The notes: generated from the sequence alone by a model not told the origin. A stretch of 64,000 bases of DNA from Octopus vulgaris (GCA_951406725.2 OX597817.1:27776001-27840000); one strand, 5' to 3'; counted from the first letter of the stretch, positions 39,478-52,728 are shown. Program-made: numbers and translations.

Positions 39478-39872
39478 TTTTTTCTACTTTAGGCACAAGG
39501 CCCGAAATTTGTGGAGAGGAGGCCAGTCGATTATATCGAGCCAGTACGTAACTGGTACTTAATTTATCGACTCCGAAAGGATGAACGGCAAAGTCGACCT
39601 CGGCGGAATTTGAACTCAGTACGTAAAGACAGATGAAGTACCTATTTCTTTACTACCCACAAGGAGCTAAACACAGAGAGGACAAACAAGAACAGATAAA
39701 CGGATTAAGTCGATTATATCGACCCCAGTGCATAGCTGGTACTTAATTTATCGACCCCGAAAGGATGAAAGGCAAAGTCGACCTCGGAATTTGATCTCAG
39801 AATGTAACGGCAGACGAAAGACAGCTACGCATTTCACCCGGCGTGCTAACGTTTCTGCCAGCTCACCGCCTT
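39478..39872 (-). mobile_element. composite SINE family 2 (tail A copy joined to a headless tail B copy)
   Basis: Two central domains in tandem; 15-bp TSD aaatagagggaatat / aaataaagggaatat around the whole unit. Confidence 0.9.
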
Positions 39873-41399
39873 AAATAAAGGGAATATACCAACTTAAATA
39901 CGTTAAATCTTCAATAATGTACGAAGCAGTTTATTGAAAACCAGAGTATTTTTAAAGATACTGAGGAGCAGCAGACGTTACAAAAGATGACCTGTGATTT
40001 GCACATCTACTTAAAGATCAGCTATGTTCCAACGACCCATATGCTGGAAGTTAATAATTAGTATACTCTATAGATATTCGAAATACCTTGGTTAGTCACT
40101 TCACTAAACTATCAGTAAAACCATTAAGAACATATTATCTAATATATAGTAACCGAAAGACCAGAAGGTTTTAAGTATTTAATGCTGATTAAGTTCAAAT
40201 ACAAGTGTATTTCTAAATATAGATCACTAGCATCACCCATTACAACTATATTGTGTGTGTGCATACCTGTGTATGCGTGTGCACGCGTGAGTATGTTTAC
40301 GGATGTGTGCGTGCGTGTGCGTTCATGTACGTGCGAAAGAAATTATGTCCGCCTTTTCATTTTGGAAATACAATGTAGATCAGATATTTGTAAAATCGAT
40401 CTGGTAAAATCAACGTTCAGTTGTTCGAAAATATTTTAGATTATCGTTGAAGGGATTCTGCCATTTCCAATGAAATTCAAAGATATAGAGAAAGAGAAAA
40501 AGTTTCGAAGTATTTGCGTCTTTTCTTTCCAAAGATGAACCGATCCAACAGGGAAAGCTATAGAGGTTTCAGATATTATTTGTCTTGACACACTATTGAT
40601 CGAAATCCGACAATGAACCATTTCATGTTAAACTTACAAACTCCAAACCCTAAATTGCTTCGATTGATATTTGTTTCCAACGGAAGAAACAGAGGGCTGG
40701 ACGAGCGGCAAATCCTCAAACAGAATAGAAAAAAATTTTGTTAGTGATTGCTATACATTTATTTTATGTAGTAAATGTGAATGTAACGTAGTCGATTATA
40801 TGTTATCCATGGGGCAATTGTTTGTTTTGCTGCATTTTCTATGGAGAGAAGGGTAAATGACAAGGGATTCAGTTTCTAGGCAACCTGATGAAGAATACAG
40901 CTGGCAAATTCATTCGAAGACAAATAGCTTTTCGTTATAGACAAATATACATTCACAGATATATGAATATATGCACATATGGATCACACACCCACAAACA
41001 CACACATATATGTTGGGTTCCTGTCATTCATGACAAAAATCATTTCTTCCATATTCAGTAATTTTAAGTTTTGCAGCACGACTTGTTTTGAGTTTTGTTT
41101 CAGCTTGTCCTTTCCAGTTGTTATTCGATATCACTTTATTCTTCTCTTCCGTCTAATTTGTTTCTGCTCATAGATGTATGCATATATATCCGCACGCACA
41201 CACACAGGCGCGCGCTCCTCTGTGTGTTAGTGTGTGTACAATACTATATATATATACTATATGTTTCTATATATATCTATACCTATCAATATATCAGAAA
41301 TATTAAATTTCTAAATACCTCATAGAGATAGCACCGTACATATCAATATATCTATATATATATATTTATATATATATATATATATATATATAACATCAA

Positions 41400-41558
41400 T
41401 TGACAACCGATGCTGGTGTGTTTATATCTCCTAACATGGCGGTTCGGGAAAGAGACCGATAGAATAAGTACTAGGCTTACAAATCAATTTTTTTACTAAA
41501 TTCTCTTTAAGGCTGTGCTCCAGCATGGCTGCTGTCAAATGACTGAAATAAGTAAAAG

Positions 41559-41560
<2 letters not shown>
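41400..41560 (+). mobile_element. SINE family 1, 3' half
   Basis: tgacaaccgatgctggtgtgtt...gagaccgatagaataagtac...gactgaaataagtaaaaga. Confidence 0.85.
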
Positions 41561-41592
<32 letters not shown>

Positions 41593-41600
41593 TTATTTCA

Positions 41601-41757
41601 CCTTTACTTGTTCCAGTCATTGGACGCTGCTCATGCTACAGTACCACGTTAGAAGGTTCAGTCGAACAACTACCGCCATTCGTAATTCTTTGTAAAGTCT
41701 AGCACTCATTCTATCGATGGTTTCTGCCGAACCACTAATTTACGGAGACGTAAACAA
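41601..41757 (-). mobile_element. SINE family 1, 3' half (older)
   Basis: Degenerate reverse copy, tail-to-tail with the previous one across (TA)n. Confidence 0.7.
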
Positions 41758-42031
41758 ACTATCTTATTTAAGAGTCGATCTAAATGTGAACGTTCTTTGT
41801 TATCAATAAATAATTAAGTTATAATAGAATAGAACATACATAACAGTAAACAAAATAGTAACGAAAAGAAAAATTAACAAAACTAATCTAACTAGATAAA
41901 ACAATATATAATATAGTCATTTGAACTGTCTCCGTTAAATCATATCTTATTCCATTAGGCTATTTATGTTAATATTAAAGTCCGTTACTATTTTTAAATC
42001 TCACGACGTGAGATATTCAGCAACAGTACTT

Positions 42032-42485
42032 TGTAGTAAAGATTGTTTGCTAACATAACACAGCAGTCCTGTAATTTAGCCCCAAGAGACATCGTCTCCA
42101 GTTGGCATAACGACATGATCTGTGTCCTTGTATTTTCGAACAAGGGAATCTAGCACCCCCACTCAGCTCAAATTAGTAATTTTCTAATTTACAAATCAGT
42201 GATTACTTGTCACTTTGAAAACTATATATTTCGAACGGGAATTTGGTAGCGCCACCTCTAGCCGTGCAATTATTCTGTGCTGATGAAGGGAAATAACCCA
42301 GGAATCGCGATACACACATATTGTTTTGAGCTGCGTATGGGTGCTAGATTACCTTGTTCGAAAATACAAGGTTACAGATCGTGTAGTATCGCCAGCTGGA
42401 GACGATGTCTCCTGGGGCTAAATTACAGTAACATTAGTCCTAAACCATGACTGCCATGTTATGTTGGCAAAGAATCTTTACTACA
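42032..42485. mobile_element. PLE-like inverted-arm element with internal HHR motif
   Basis: Arms 42032-42158 / 42339-42485, with one indel. Confidence 0.8.
42276..42316 (+). ncRNA. degenerate minimal type I hammerhead
   Basis: UGUG-CUGAUGA-A-GGG-aaauaa-CCC-A-GGA-AUCGCGAU-A-CACA; GAAA is mutated to GGAA and stem III is palindromic. Confidence 0.6.
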
Positions 42486-42608
42486 TAAAAGTTCATGCTT
42501 TGCCATTTGTGGCTTGGGTGTTATTCTGTGTGTTTGTTTGTCTTTAGATTTTTTGAGGTGGAGGTGGGGTTTAACTCGTATAAGCTTTATCTTTGATATT
42601 TAATATAT

Positions 42609-43391
42609 ACAGTGTTCGGGCTAATTTTCACCATTATTAAACGCTTCCTTTTTCATCTTGATATATTGGTGAATAGCCAAAATCGTTAGAGAAGATGAAG
42701 ATTGTAGTAGAGAAAAAAGTTATATGAATATTGGAAAGAGTATCTTGTATCATAATGATTCGAGCTAAGTATCAAAGTGCCAAAATCATGAGTGCTGCTC
42801 AATGATCTGTGAACGCTGTAAAGGTTGGGAGACGTGTCCCATGTATCAGGAAAAAATCAATTTCCTTCAAACTGTGGTGATGTGACATCATACCGTCCCA
42901 CAATTTGGAACAATTCAAACAGCTACCTGAAGCTATTAGAGAGTGATGCTTCTGGAAGTTCATGTGTGTAGCAGTATTCAGCTCTTTACCATATCCCTAG
43001 AAAGAGATAGAAGTGGCTGTCGGATAATGTCTACCGATTCACTAATCCCAATATCTTAACTCGTAATATCCACTGATTGTAATATCATGGGTTATTGTGA
43101 GTGAGGGGCACGATTTAGAGAGACACTAACCGCTACGCCTGCTGATGGCAAAGATTAAGGAAGTGTTCGAAGATTTTCCTAGGGACACAGTGAGAAATGC
43201 ATGCGCCAGGTTGCAGAACCGTCTTGGGGCCGTCGTGGAAGCAGAGGTTGGCTACTTTGAGCAAACTCTTATCTCCCAGCCATAATCTATTTGATATTAC
43301 TTGAAATTTTACGATACTTTAATTTTTGGACGGGATATTTCATTTCTTTTCCCTTTATTCAAACTATCAAATTTAATCTAAACACCTTGTC
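42609..43391 (+). pseudogene. internally deleted Tc1/mariner-superfamily (maT/DD37D-like) transposon
   Basis: C-terminus LMAKIKEVFEDFPRDTVRNACARLQNRLGAVVEAEVGYFE; degenerate TIRs acagtgttcgggctaatttt / aaatttaatctaaacaccttgt. Confidence 0.75.
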
Positions 43392-43818
43392 ATCAGAAAA
43401 TAAATACTTTGTAATTTAGACAGATCTGTCAGCAATGTATATGAGGAAGCTACTCGTTTAAATTATTTTCAATACTTGTTCTGTACTTTAATTTATTGAC
43501 ACAGGAGGGGTAATATGTAAAGTTGAGCTTGCCCGAATTTGAACTGAAATCTAAAAGACTAGAAAGAGATTACGCAAAGTACTTTCCCGACCCTCTAATG
43601 ATTCTACTCGTCATCTTTGTAATCAATGAATGAATACGATAGAGTAAATGAGATCATGTACTGTTTCTCTCCAAAGAACTCTTTCATTTGGGCAAATGAC
43701 ACAAACAATCACATCCACACTCACGCGTTACACATACATAGGCACTTAAACACGTATAAGCATACTTATTCAATATATATTTTGTGAGAGTAAGATAAAG
43801 ATGAATAGATAGAGATAT

Positions 43819-44050
43819 AAGGCGGCGAGCTGGCAGAAGTGTTAGCACGCCTGGCGAATGCATGGCCGCATTCCGTCTGCCGTTACGTTGTGAGTTCAAA
43901 TTCCGCCGACGTCGACTTTGCCTTTCATCCTTTCGGGCTCGATTAAATAAGTACCAGTTACGCACTGGGTCGATATAATCGACTTAATCCGTTTGTCTGT
44001 CTTTGTTTGCCCCCTCTATGTTTAGCCCCTTGTGGGCAGTAAAGAAATAA
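43819..44050 (+). mobile_element. SINE family 2, tail A
   Basis: Full copy ending ccccttgtgggcagtaaagaaata. Confidence 0.92.
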
Positions 44051-44149
44051 GATAAACATCTTGGTAGTTACATAGAAAGATAGAGAGGGAGGTAGATAGA
44101 CAGACAGGTAGGCAGACAGACAGTTAAATAGCTTGCTAGCTAGCTAGCT

Positions 44150-44164
44150 AGTTAGATAGATAGG

Positions 44165-44253
<89 letters not shown>
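44150..44253. repeat. (TAGA)n microsatellite
   Basis: Visible. Confidence 0.95.
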
Positions 44254-44342
44254 GTGTGAACACATGTGTTTCCATGAGTGTACGGAAATTTCGACGTAGA
44301 ATTAAATCGATGAATAATTTCTAACGCAGTGTTTTATAAATA

Positions 44343-44399
<57 letters not shown>

Positions 44400-44841
44400 G
44401 AGGCTGTCAGAAAGAAATAAAACTAGAACTGAAGTTTTTGACTTATATCCCTGAGATGTATATCTACTTCAAATATTTAAAACTGTTCAGCATTATAGAT
44501 GAAGATGTCATGTGGTGTGTATGTGTAACAATGTCAGACACTATGTCAACACATTGTTTCATTTCACTTCCTGTTGATTTTATTTTATTTTATATTTTTT
44601 ATAGTATTATTTTTTTGTACCTATCCAGTCTCCAGAGAAGACATGATAAATCAAATTTAGTAGATTTTTCTCTTGTTGATTTGCTTCAATGAATAGCTGG
44701 ATAAATAGAGGTCCACTCCTTAACATGCACACAAGGGTTTAATACAGTTCTGTATTTAAGAGATGAGGAATTATGTACATTATTTACACTATTTACATTA
44801 TTTCCATTTGACGGTTATTTGTCCTCATCTTGTTTGTTGTT

Positions 44842-44887
44842 AACACAAAGTTTCGGCTGATATACCATCCAGCCTTCGTCAGGTGTC
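44842..44887 (-). ncRNA. minimal type I hammerhead ribozyme
   Basis: GACAC-CUGACGA-A-GGCUG-gaugguauau-CAGCC-GAAA-CUUU-GUGUU; the stem III palindrome has one substitution. Confidence 0.75.
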
Positions 44888-44919
44888 TTGGGGGAATTTC
44901 TAATCTGGGTTCTCATTCC

Positions 44920-44998
<79 letters not shown>

Positions 44999-45106
44999 GT
45001 TGTTGTTGTTTTATTAATATTATTGTTATTTTATCATTATTATTATTATTATAATTATTATTATTATTATTGTTTTATTATTATTATTGTTTTATTATTA
45101 TTATTG

Positions 45107-45205
<99 letters not shown>

Positions 45206-45267
45206 CCAGGTCACTGCCTGGAATCGGACTCTGAATCTTGGGGTTAGTAGCCCGCGCTCTTAACCAC

Positions 45268-45342
45268 GGGCATATGGTGCAGTGGTTAAGAGTGCGGACT
45301 AATAACCCCAAGATTCCGAGTTCGATTCCCAGCAGTGACCTG
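45268..45342 (+). promoter_or_regulatory. tRNA-derived head with Pol III A and B boxes
   Basis: A box TGGTGCAGTGG and B box GAGTTCGATTCC at tRNA spacing; the acceptor stem is poor, so this is not a tRNA gene. Confidence 0.8.
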
Positions 45343-45429
45343 AACAATAATAATAATAATAATAATAACAACAACAACAACATTGAAAAATACCTTAGGA
45401 ATGAGAACCCAGGTTCGAAATTTACTCAA

Positions 45430-45475
45430 GACACCTGATGAAGGCTGAAGGGTATATCAGCCGAAACGTTGTGTT
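45430..45475 (+). ncRNA. minimal type I hammerhead ribozyme
   Basis: GACAC-CUGAUGA-A-GGCUGA-aggguaua-UCAGCC-GAA-ACGU-U-GUGUU; intact core with palindromic ACGU stem III. Confidence 0.85.
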
Positions 45476-48400
45476 ACCAAAAAACAAGATGAGGACAAAT
45501 ATCCGTCAAATGTAAATAATATAAATAATGAAGTGTTTAATTTCACAATCAATCGGGAATACAGTAAACGTTAGCGGGATTTAGAATGTGTTGAAAATTA
45601 AAATTTTTCCTCGTTAATTTTAATGTTTTTGTGTACATATAGCTTACTATGGAAAGAAGAAGACGTAGAATTATAAACAAATATAAAGGGGGTTCGAACG
45701 ATGTGAAACACACAGCGGTTGTTGAATCTAGTTTGCAACAGAGAATCAGTATGTAACTGTAGTTACTTAACTAAATCTGTTAATGTACTCCAGAAGACTA
45801 GAACCCGAAGACTTCACTTATTCCATCGTCTGATTTCAGTGGAAATGATCACCTAGTGTTAGATACCTTCCATAATATTAAATGAAGCTTAGGAAAGCAC
45901 TAGAGTTTAAGGAAAGTTAATGAAGGTGACTGAATTGAAAAAGGTTAAGTAAAGAAGAAATAAATACAACGTGTACAAATGTATGTAGACCATGTAAAAA
46001 GTACTTGTAGAAAAGGAAGAAGTATAAAAGCCCAAGCGGCATGAACACATGAACACACGAACACGTGTGCATGAACACATGAATAGATAGATGGACACAA
46101 GTGGTGTGACTCTTGTGTCCATCTGGTTATATCAATTCCGTGGCTTAATATTTCAAAATTGTTTCTTTACCCAGCATTTAGTTTTCTCAAGTAACAGAAG
46201 TATACGAAGAAAAGCACGACTGCGTGGGGGTGTTTAGCACGGATGAATTAAAATAACTTTTAAAGAAATATAATTTAGAAATTATGCATTGAAAGATTTC
46301 CTTTACTCAAAAAAGTTTAGTTTGACAAAATTTTCGAATTTCAGCATTATTTCATAGTTGCAATTTCAAAGATGAATCATTCATTTCAGCGGCTTTGATA
46401 ATTTACGAATATCCGCTTCAGAACACTTCAAGTAGTGAAATCTCACTTAAAATCATTACGCAAACATAACTTATTCCGAATACAGAGATTTTACGGATTT
46501 CCTACTTGAGTAGTTATTTTACATAGTTCCATAGCAGTAGTGTAGTACCTAATTAGTTATATTCATGTGGCTGAATGGAATTAGCTAATGTATGTATTGA
46601 TTTGTAAAATATTGCTAAAATACAAAGTATAACAAGCTAGTTTGTTTTTTTTTTGGGTTATTTTTTCATTTTTGTTTACTTTTATTTTTTTAGAAAATTG
46701 AGTTGATACTATTTCAAATATGAGATCTAAAGAATTGCTTTCTTGATTCTCTAAGCTTTGTATTTCCTTTTAAGGATATAATAGAAACTTTTCAATTCAG
46801 AAAACTTCCTAACGAAATATATATTTTAACTGCATCTTTTTTTTTTTATTTTGCCATAAACTTACCAACCTTACAATGTTTACTTTAATCTTTTGATGTT
46901 TGGTATTTATTGATATATTTTGTTGTCCTTTTTTTTCTTTTTTTTTAATTTAATTTTTAAAAGCTTCCAACATATACATTGGACTTTGATATATTGTTAA
47001 ACATCATATTTAATATATTGCCGAACTTATGTTTTGTGCAACAATATCAACAACCTTTAGATGTTCAACAGTTTTTTAATATCTCGGAATATTTTCCTGT
47101 TGGGATTTTTTTTTTCGTTAATAAAGAACAATATTACCTGTATACACATTCATGTTTTATCACTAAACTAAATAAAATTCTACTGCTCTTATTGTGGTTT
47201 ACATTCTGTTTTTTGTTTGCATTCATTTGTCTTCTTTTTGGTATTGTTTTAACATGGTTATATATTAAGTTCTCCAATAAATCGTAACGCTGAAATATTC
47301 TCATTGGTTTCACTTATCTGAGCTTTTGGTTAGTTTAGTACTTACGTATGTAAAACCAATGATGCGGTTGGTGTGTTTCCAGCTATTATCACTCGACGTA
47401 CAAGTAAAGCAAAATGTTTTATCGTATGGTGCGTGAAGTAACAAGCCATAGGTATCTTGCTATTAAACTTTATGTCATCTGAATTTGTAATCACTACTTT
47501 CGCTGAGTTCATTCTTGCAGTGTTTCACTTGATTTCTTCTCCTGTGACTACTAGTTTATGTTTGTTTTTATGTTTTGGTTAGCAATTAATTACCCATATA
47601 CAAATTAGCCGATTTGTCATGACGATCAGAACTTTCGCATCATTTCCTTTAGCGAACAATGTGTTTGCATAAAAAACGATTTATATTCAACTTATGTTGA
47701 TTTTGTTTATTTTGTTCAACGTTCCTCAAGCGTTTAATGACTTCACAAAATGGCGTTCAGACATGCATTATCATATTTTATTTGATTACTTCTGTTTGAA
47801 AACGACGTCATCTATACTCCACTAAATCTAATTGTCAGGATTTTAATTCACGTCCGATTATTCACCTTTGTTCCCAGCGGGTGTGCAGCCTTTTAGCAAA
47901 GTATATTTTGTTTTAACATTATATACGTATATCAATCAAACGAAATCTTCAAAAGAATGTTTAAGAATTAAAGTGGTTCATAGACATATAGGCTCTAGGC
48001 ATGCAGGCTCCGCATTTTAATGCACAATTAAATTATTTATAACAGAATAGCGGATAGAGGTTAAATGTCCTTTATCCTATTCAAGTTATAAATTTTCTTT
48101 TAATCTGAAATATCTTTTCAAAGACAGATCCAAGTCAAGAAATGGCTTCTACATTTTCTTTGAACTTACATTAAATATGGAAGCAGAACTCTCAAAATGT
48201 TTATTTGTATTATAGATTACCTTCAGCTATCAAAGAGGTTCTCCGGAGGTCTTCTTAAAACTCGAATCCAGATATGATTGTCTTCAGAAATAAAAGATTT
48301 TACGCTGTTTCTTCAAACAAGAAAAGATATGTGCTTATCCTACATATTGTCCAATGTGATGAATGTCTACGAACATCGAAAGATTGCTATATTTCTCTAC

Positions 48401-49380
48401 TAGATTAGAATGTCACTTTTATGGATATATGAACATCATGAAGTGTACCTCATGAAATTTTGCTTTCAGTTTTATCACAAACGACCGCCTTTATGTCCAT
48501 CTCTAATCTTTAAAACGACTTTGGTGAGAATATAATGATTTGGAGACTAATAATTTAGAATAATAACTTGTTGAAGTTGTTTACAGAAAAATGTGTTCAA
48601 CAAAATGAATGAGTACCTTTAAAGTTACATCGGATGAGTGTCGTTTTGACTGGTTGTTATGCTGCTTTAATATATTAGCAGGAATATTTAACATAGGAAG
48701 TAAGAGTCGACATGCAAATGTGCGTGCAAAGTAGTATGCACGTGATGCAACTGTGATCAGAGACTGAGTCAGTCAAGTAGACGTATCTCTTATGAACATT
48801 AACTACGACATCCCTAACTGGACGAAGCCTGTCATTTAATCAATGCAGCATTATTTCATTGTTCGATGAATTAGTAGGACAGCAGTTACATATCTGTGCA
48901 AGTATATTCAACCAGTCTCCAACAAAATTATACCTTCTCAGTACAATGTTATATCTAGAAAGTGTCTGGAGGCAAGCTGGAGGGGCACTAGACTTAGTAC
49001 AACACTCCAGTCTTACACAACCACCTGCTCATGGTGTATTTACCGGAGTCTTCTCTTTAAGGCATTTGGACCATATATTCGCTTTTAGGATAACTTTGAG
49101 CTACATTTCCATTTGTTACAGAGATTCTAAATATTCATTTACGCATCATCAAAGAAATGAGAAACTCATAGATTGAAGTAAACTCACGAATGGTAAAATA
49201 CAAAACTTGAAAAATCGTTTATATTATGTAACTCGCTTGAGCTCTTATTGAAAATATCCATGACACGCAGGTACTTGTAACAAAAACTCTGAATAAGATA
49301 GTGGGACATACATACACCTATCTATCTGTTTATCTATCTAGTTATCTCTATCTATCGCTATATATATACACACACACACA

Positions 49381-49430
<50 letters not shown>

Positions 49431-49486
49431 GACATACATATATACATAAATACATACATATATATATATATACTTACGTATATATA

Positions 49487-49880
49487 CGTAGCTGTGTGGT
49501 TTGAGGATTGCTTCCAACAATATGGTTCCGGGCACAGTCCCATTGGGTGGCACCTGGGACAGGTGTCTTCTAAGCCATGTCTTCTAAGTCTCAAGAGTGG
49601 ATTTGGTAGAAGGAAATTGATACAAGCCCGTTGTATATATATATATATGTATATATCTATATGTCTGTGTTTATGAGTCTGTGTTTGTCCCACCATCATC
49701 GCTTGGCAACCGGTGTTGATGCGTTTACGTCCCTGTAACAAAGCGATTCAGGAAACAAAGATTGATGGAATAAATATTAGGCCTAAAAAGTAAATCCTGG
49801 GATCGATTTGTTCGACTGAAACTCCTCAAGGCGGTGCTCCAGCATTGCCACAATCAAGTGACTGAAACAAATTAAAAAAT
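49487..49880 (+). mobile_element. SINE family 1
   Basis: Diverged full-length copy. Confidence 0.88.
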
Positions 49881-50899
49881 AAATGAATATTTATCGTTGA
49901 AGCACGGTAGGGGTTGAATATATTCTTAAGTCCACCATTTCATCAATCGCAGCAGCTTCCAAGCTTCACCACTAATTCAATTCTCAACTAAATATTGCAA
50001 ACTGTCAATTGTTTGGCATAAATAGTTTGAGATGTGGTTCAGTAGAAAAAAAGTTATATCAAAATATGTGACCTCAACGGGGGGGGGGGGGGGCATTAAA
50101 GTAGATATTCATCTTCAGTTAACATAATTTTTTTAATTTTAAATTAAAAGTATACTTTTCTTAGGCTTAAATGATAAAAAAATGCATGGAGGATTCAGAA
50201 TCACCAGTGGCATTGAACAAAAATGAGTAGGAAAACAGTTGAGGTAAAATGTTACGAAATTTAATGACAATAAGTAAGAGATTAACGCTTAAGCATTAAG
50301 AATAAAGAATATATTTCTAATATGAATGTTTACGTTCTAAGACGGTGAGCTGGCAGAAGCGTTAACAGATTAATGGGCCTTGAATTTTCCGCTTGCATAG
50401 TACTACGTATATTTATATCATTAACTCTGTGGAACTTTACAGGTAATATCACGATCAGTCAGTATATAAGCACTCACGAATTTCCTCTCTGTCAAGTGAT
50501 AATGCATGTGGTAAATTGTCTCTTTCTTACTGTGATATTTTCATTCTATCCATAGAATGATCTTGTTATGTAGTATCTTATTCAGTTTAATATACCGATA
50601 GGAATTCGAACCATTATTTATGAGTTTGATGTTTAGCTTATCTCTAACAGTTACAATTCCATGCTCCTAAGTTTACGGGTGGTTAAACTAATGTAGATAG
50701 TGATGAATCTTTGAGAGCTGTTAAAAATATTATACAAAAAGTTTCATTTTAATGATGAAGAATATTAACTCTTTTAATTCATAGCTCATTTCTAACTCTG
50801 GACCATTTATTTCTAATCATACAAAGTATATTCACGTAACGTGGATTTAACTGAGCGTTTTCACTATATTCAAATGGTAGTAATATGACAAAATCATGT

Positions 50900-51400
50900 T
50901 GTCACATAACATAATTTTCATTGAAACAACTTCTGGTTCTGTTCTTGCAGACGATCCACCACACCCGTAAATTTAACTGATGAGACACACCGTGTGCAAG
51001 ACTGCTCGACTCTCTACGTTGAATCCTTGTTTATTCGTTGGATGCCATCCGTAATAACCATCGCATCTTGTTGCAACAACGTATATTCTATGCTGCATGA
51101 CATTTTTATACATATGAAACACATTTATGCGATTACTCAGACGAAAGTGACTGCTGACCCTCCTTTAGAATTCTATATGTAAGGGGTCGTCGATATTGAA
51201 TATACCATACTGCAACCTTCCGTCAGAGTAGTACCAGCTTCCAGGCAACATGTCCAGATCACGTGGACATAAAAAGTGATGAAAATGATGAAAAGCTGAC
51301 CACGAGGCATCCATAAATTTATAACCCATTTAGAATTTCTTTCAAACTCTCTAATCTGTTTTAGAGCATCAGTCGAGGTGAACTGCAGTTAAATATACAT
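50900..51400 (-). pseudogene. decayed RTE-like LINE C-terminal fragment
   Basis: Weak remnants of the post-RT region (SIEY.LLQQ.., RW.GH-like, GR..K-like). Confidence 0.4.
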
Positions 51401-51507
51401 ATTTCCTGTCAAATACGTTGAGTGGCTACTTTTTAACGTTTCATTTGTTCACTTATTTGCATGTGTGTGTGTGTGTATAAGTATATTATGGAATTGAGCA
51501 TATTTTT

Positions 51508-51718
51508 TTTATTCTTTTCATTTTTTCAGTCATTTGATTGCGGCCATGCTGGAGCACCGTATATATATACGACGGGCTTATTTCAGTTTCCGTCAAGTAA
51601 ATCCACTCACAAGTCCTTGGACGGCCCGAGGCTATAGTAGAAGACACTTGTCCAAGATGCTCCGCAGTGGAACTGCACCCGAAACCATGTGGCTGGAAAA
51701 CAAACTTCTTACTACTCA

Positions 51719-51722
<4 letters not shown>
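51508..51722 (-). mobile_element. SINE family 1 with internal deletion
   Basis: Head and tail joined at the internal (TA) run. Confidence 0.85.
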
Positions 51723-51756
<34 letters not shown>

Positions 51757-52692
51757 ATAAATATAACACACACACACACACACATATATATATAATACAC
51801 ACACACACATATATATATATATACATTTTACGCACATACTTATGTGTATACACATCGCGCATTATTAATTATATCCACTGCTGCAAAAGCAACTGAAAAT
51901 ATTTCCTTTCCATAACAGTACAGACACAAGCTTGGAAATAGCCATTTAAATTTTTTTTTTATTAATGGTTTACAGGGGGAAACTGCATAAAAAATATGAA
52001 TGACAAGAGAAAATATAAAAGTAGATGACGAAGATATCGATAGAAACTTCCATCAAATAACTACGGAATATTCAATATCCACCGATATAATTACTGAAAT
52101 TTGAATAAAACGGATGAATATATAACAGAATACTTCCTCGTAAAATTAATATAATAAATATATATTCGCATTACGATTAATTCTTTCCTGAGTAGAATAT
52201 GATTTTATTCAATAACATCGCTCTAGTGCCGTACATGTAAATGTGTATGTTGATACACACACTCACATACACACAGACATGCACGCACACACACAAACAC
52301 ACTCACATACACACACATGCACATACACATACTCACATAAACGTGCGTTCTTTCCAATACTTTTTACATTGCTGGTTCGGATGTAATACTAAATATAGTA
52401 GGATAACGTTTCGGAAGTACATTTTATTGAATGCTTTCACATTGGAATAAGAATGCCTGTCTTTTTGTCTATACACAAGTAGCTATGCATTTTACGTGTA
52501 ACTCGCAAAAATCATTTATGTAAATATTGACTAATATCGAATTGAACTGTAATAGGCTTACATGAATACTTCATGTTGCGCAATAGATGCCTAATGCTCA
52601 TATTGCCAAATTACTTCATCCTTTCAATCCAAATATCTCATCCACATGAAGTAGTTTTGACAAATATTATTGCTATGTACATTTATATATAA

Positions 52693-52728
<36 letters not shown>

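Larger units (their letters stand above)
44744..45530. mobile_element. head-to-head pair of tRNA-head + (AAT)n + hammerhead elements
   Basis: Minus unit 45267 to 44744 and plus unit 45268 to 45530 are homologous; 11-bp TSD aagggtttaat (44733-44743) / aagtgtttaat (45531-45541). Confidence 0.88.

Noticed and set aside
45206-45342. pair of tRNA genes
   Set aside because: The acceptor stem is broken, the anticodon loops differ and one copy is truncated; these are SINE-like heads.
48255-48410. NPDMIVF as a possible PD-(D/E)xK endonuclease remnant
   Set aside because: A single short motif without the expected downstream residues.
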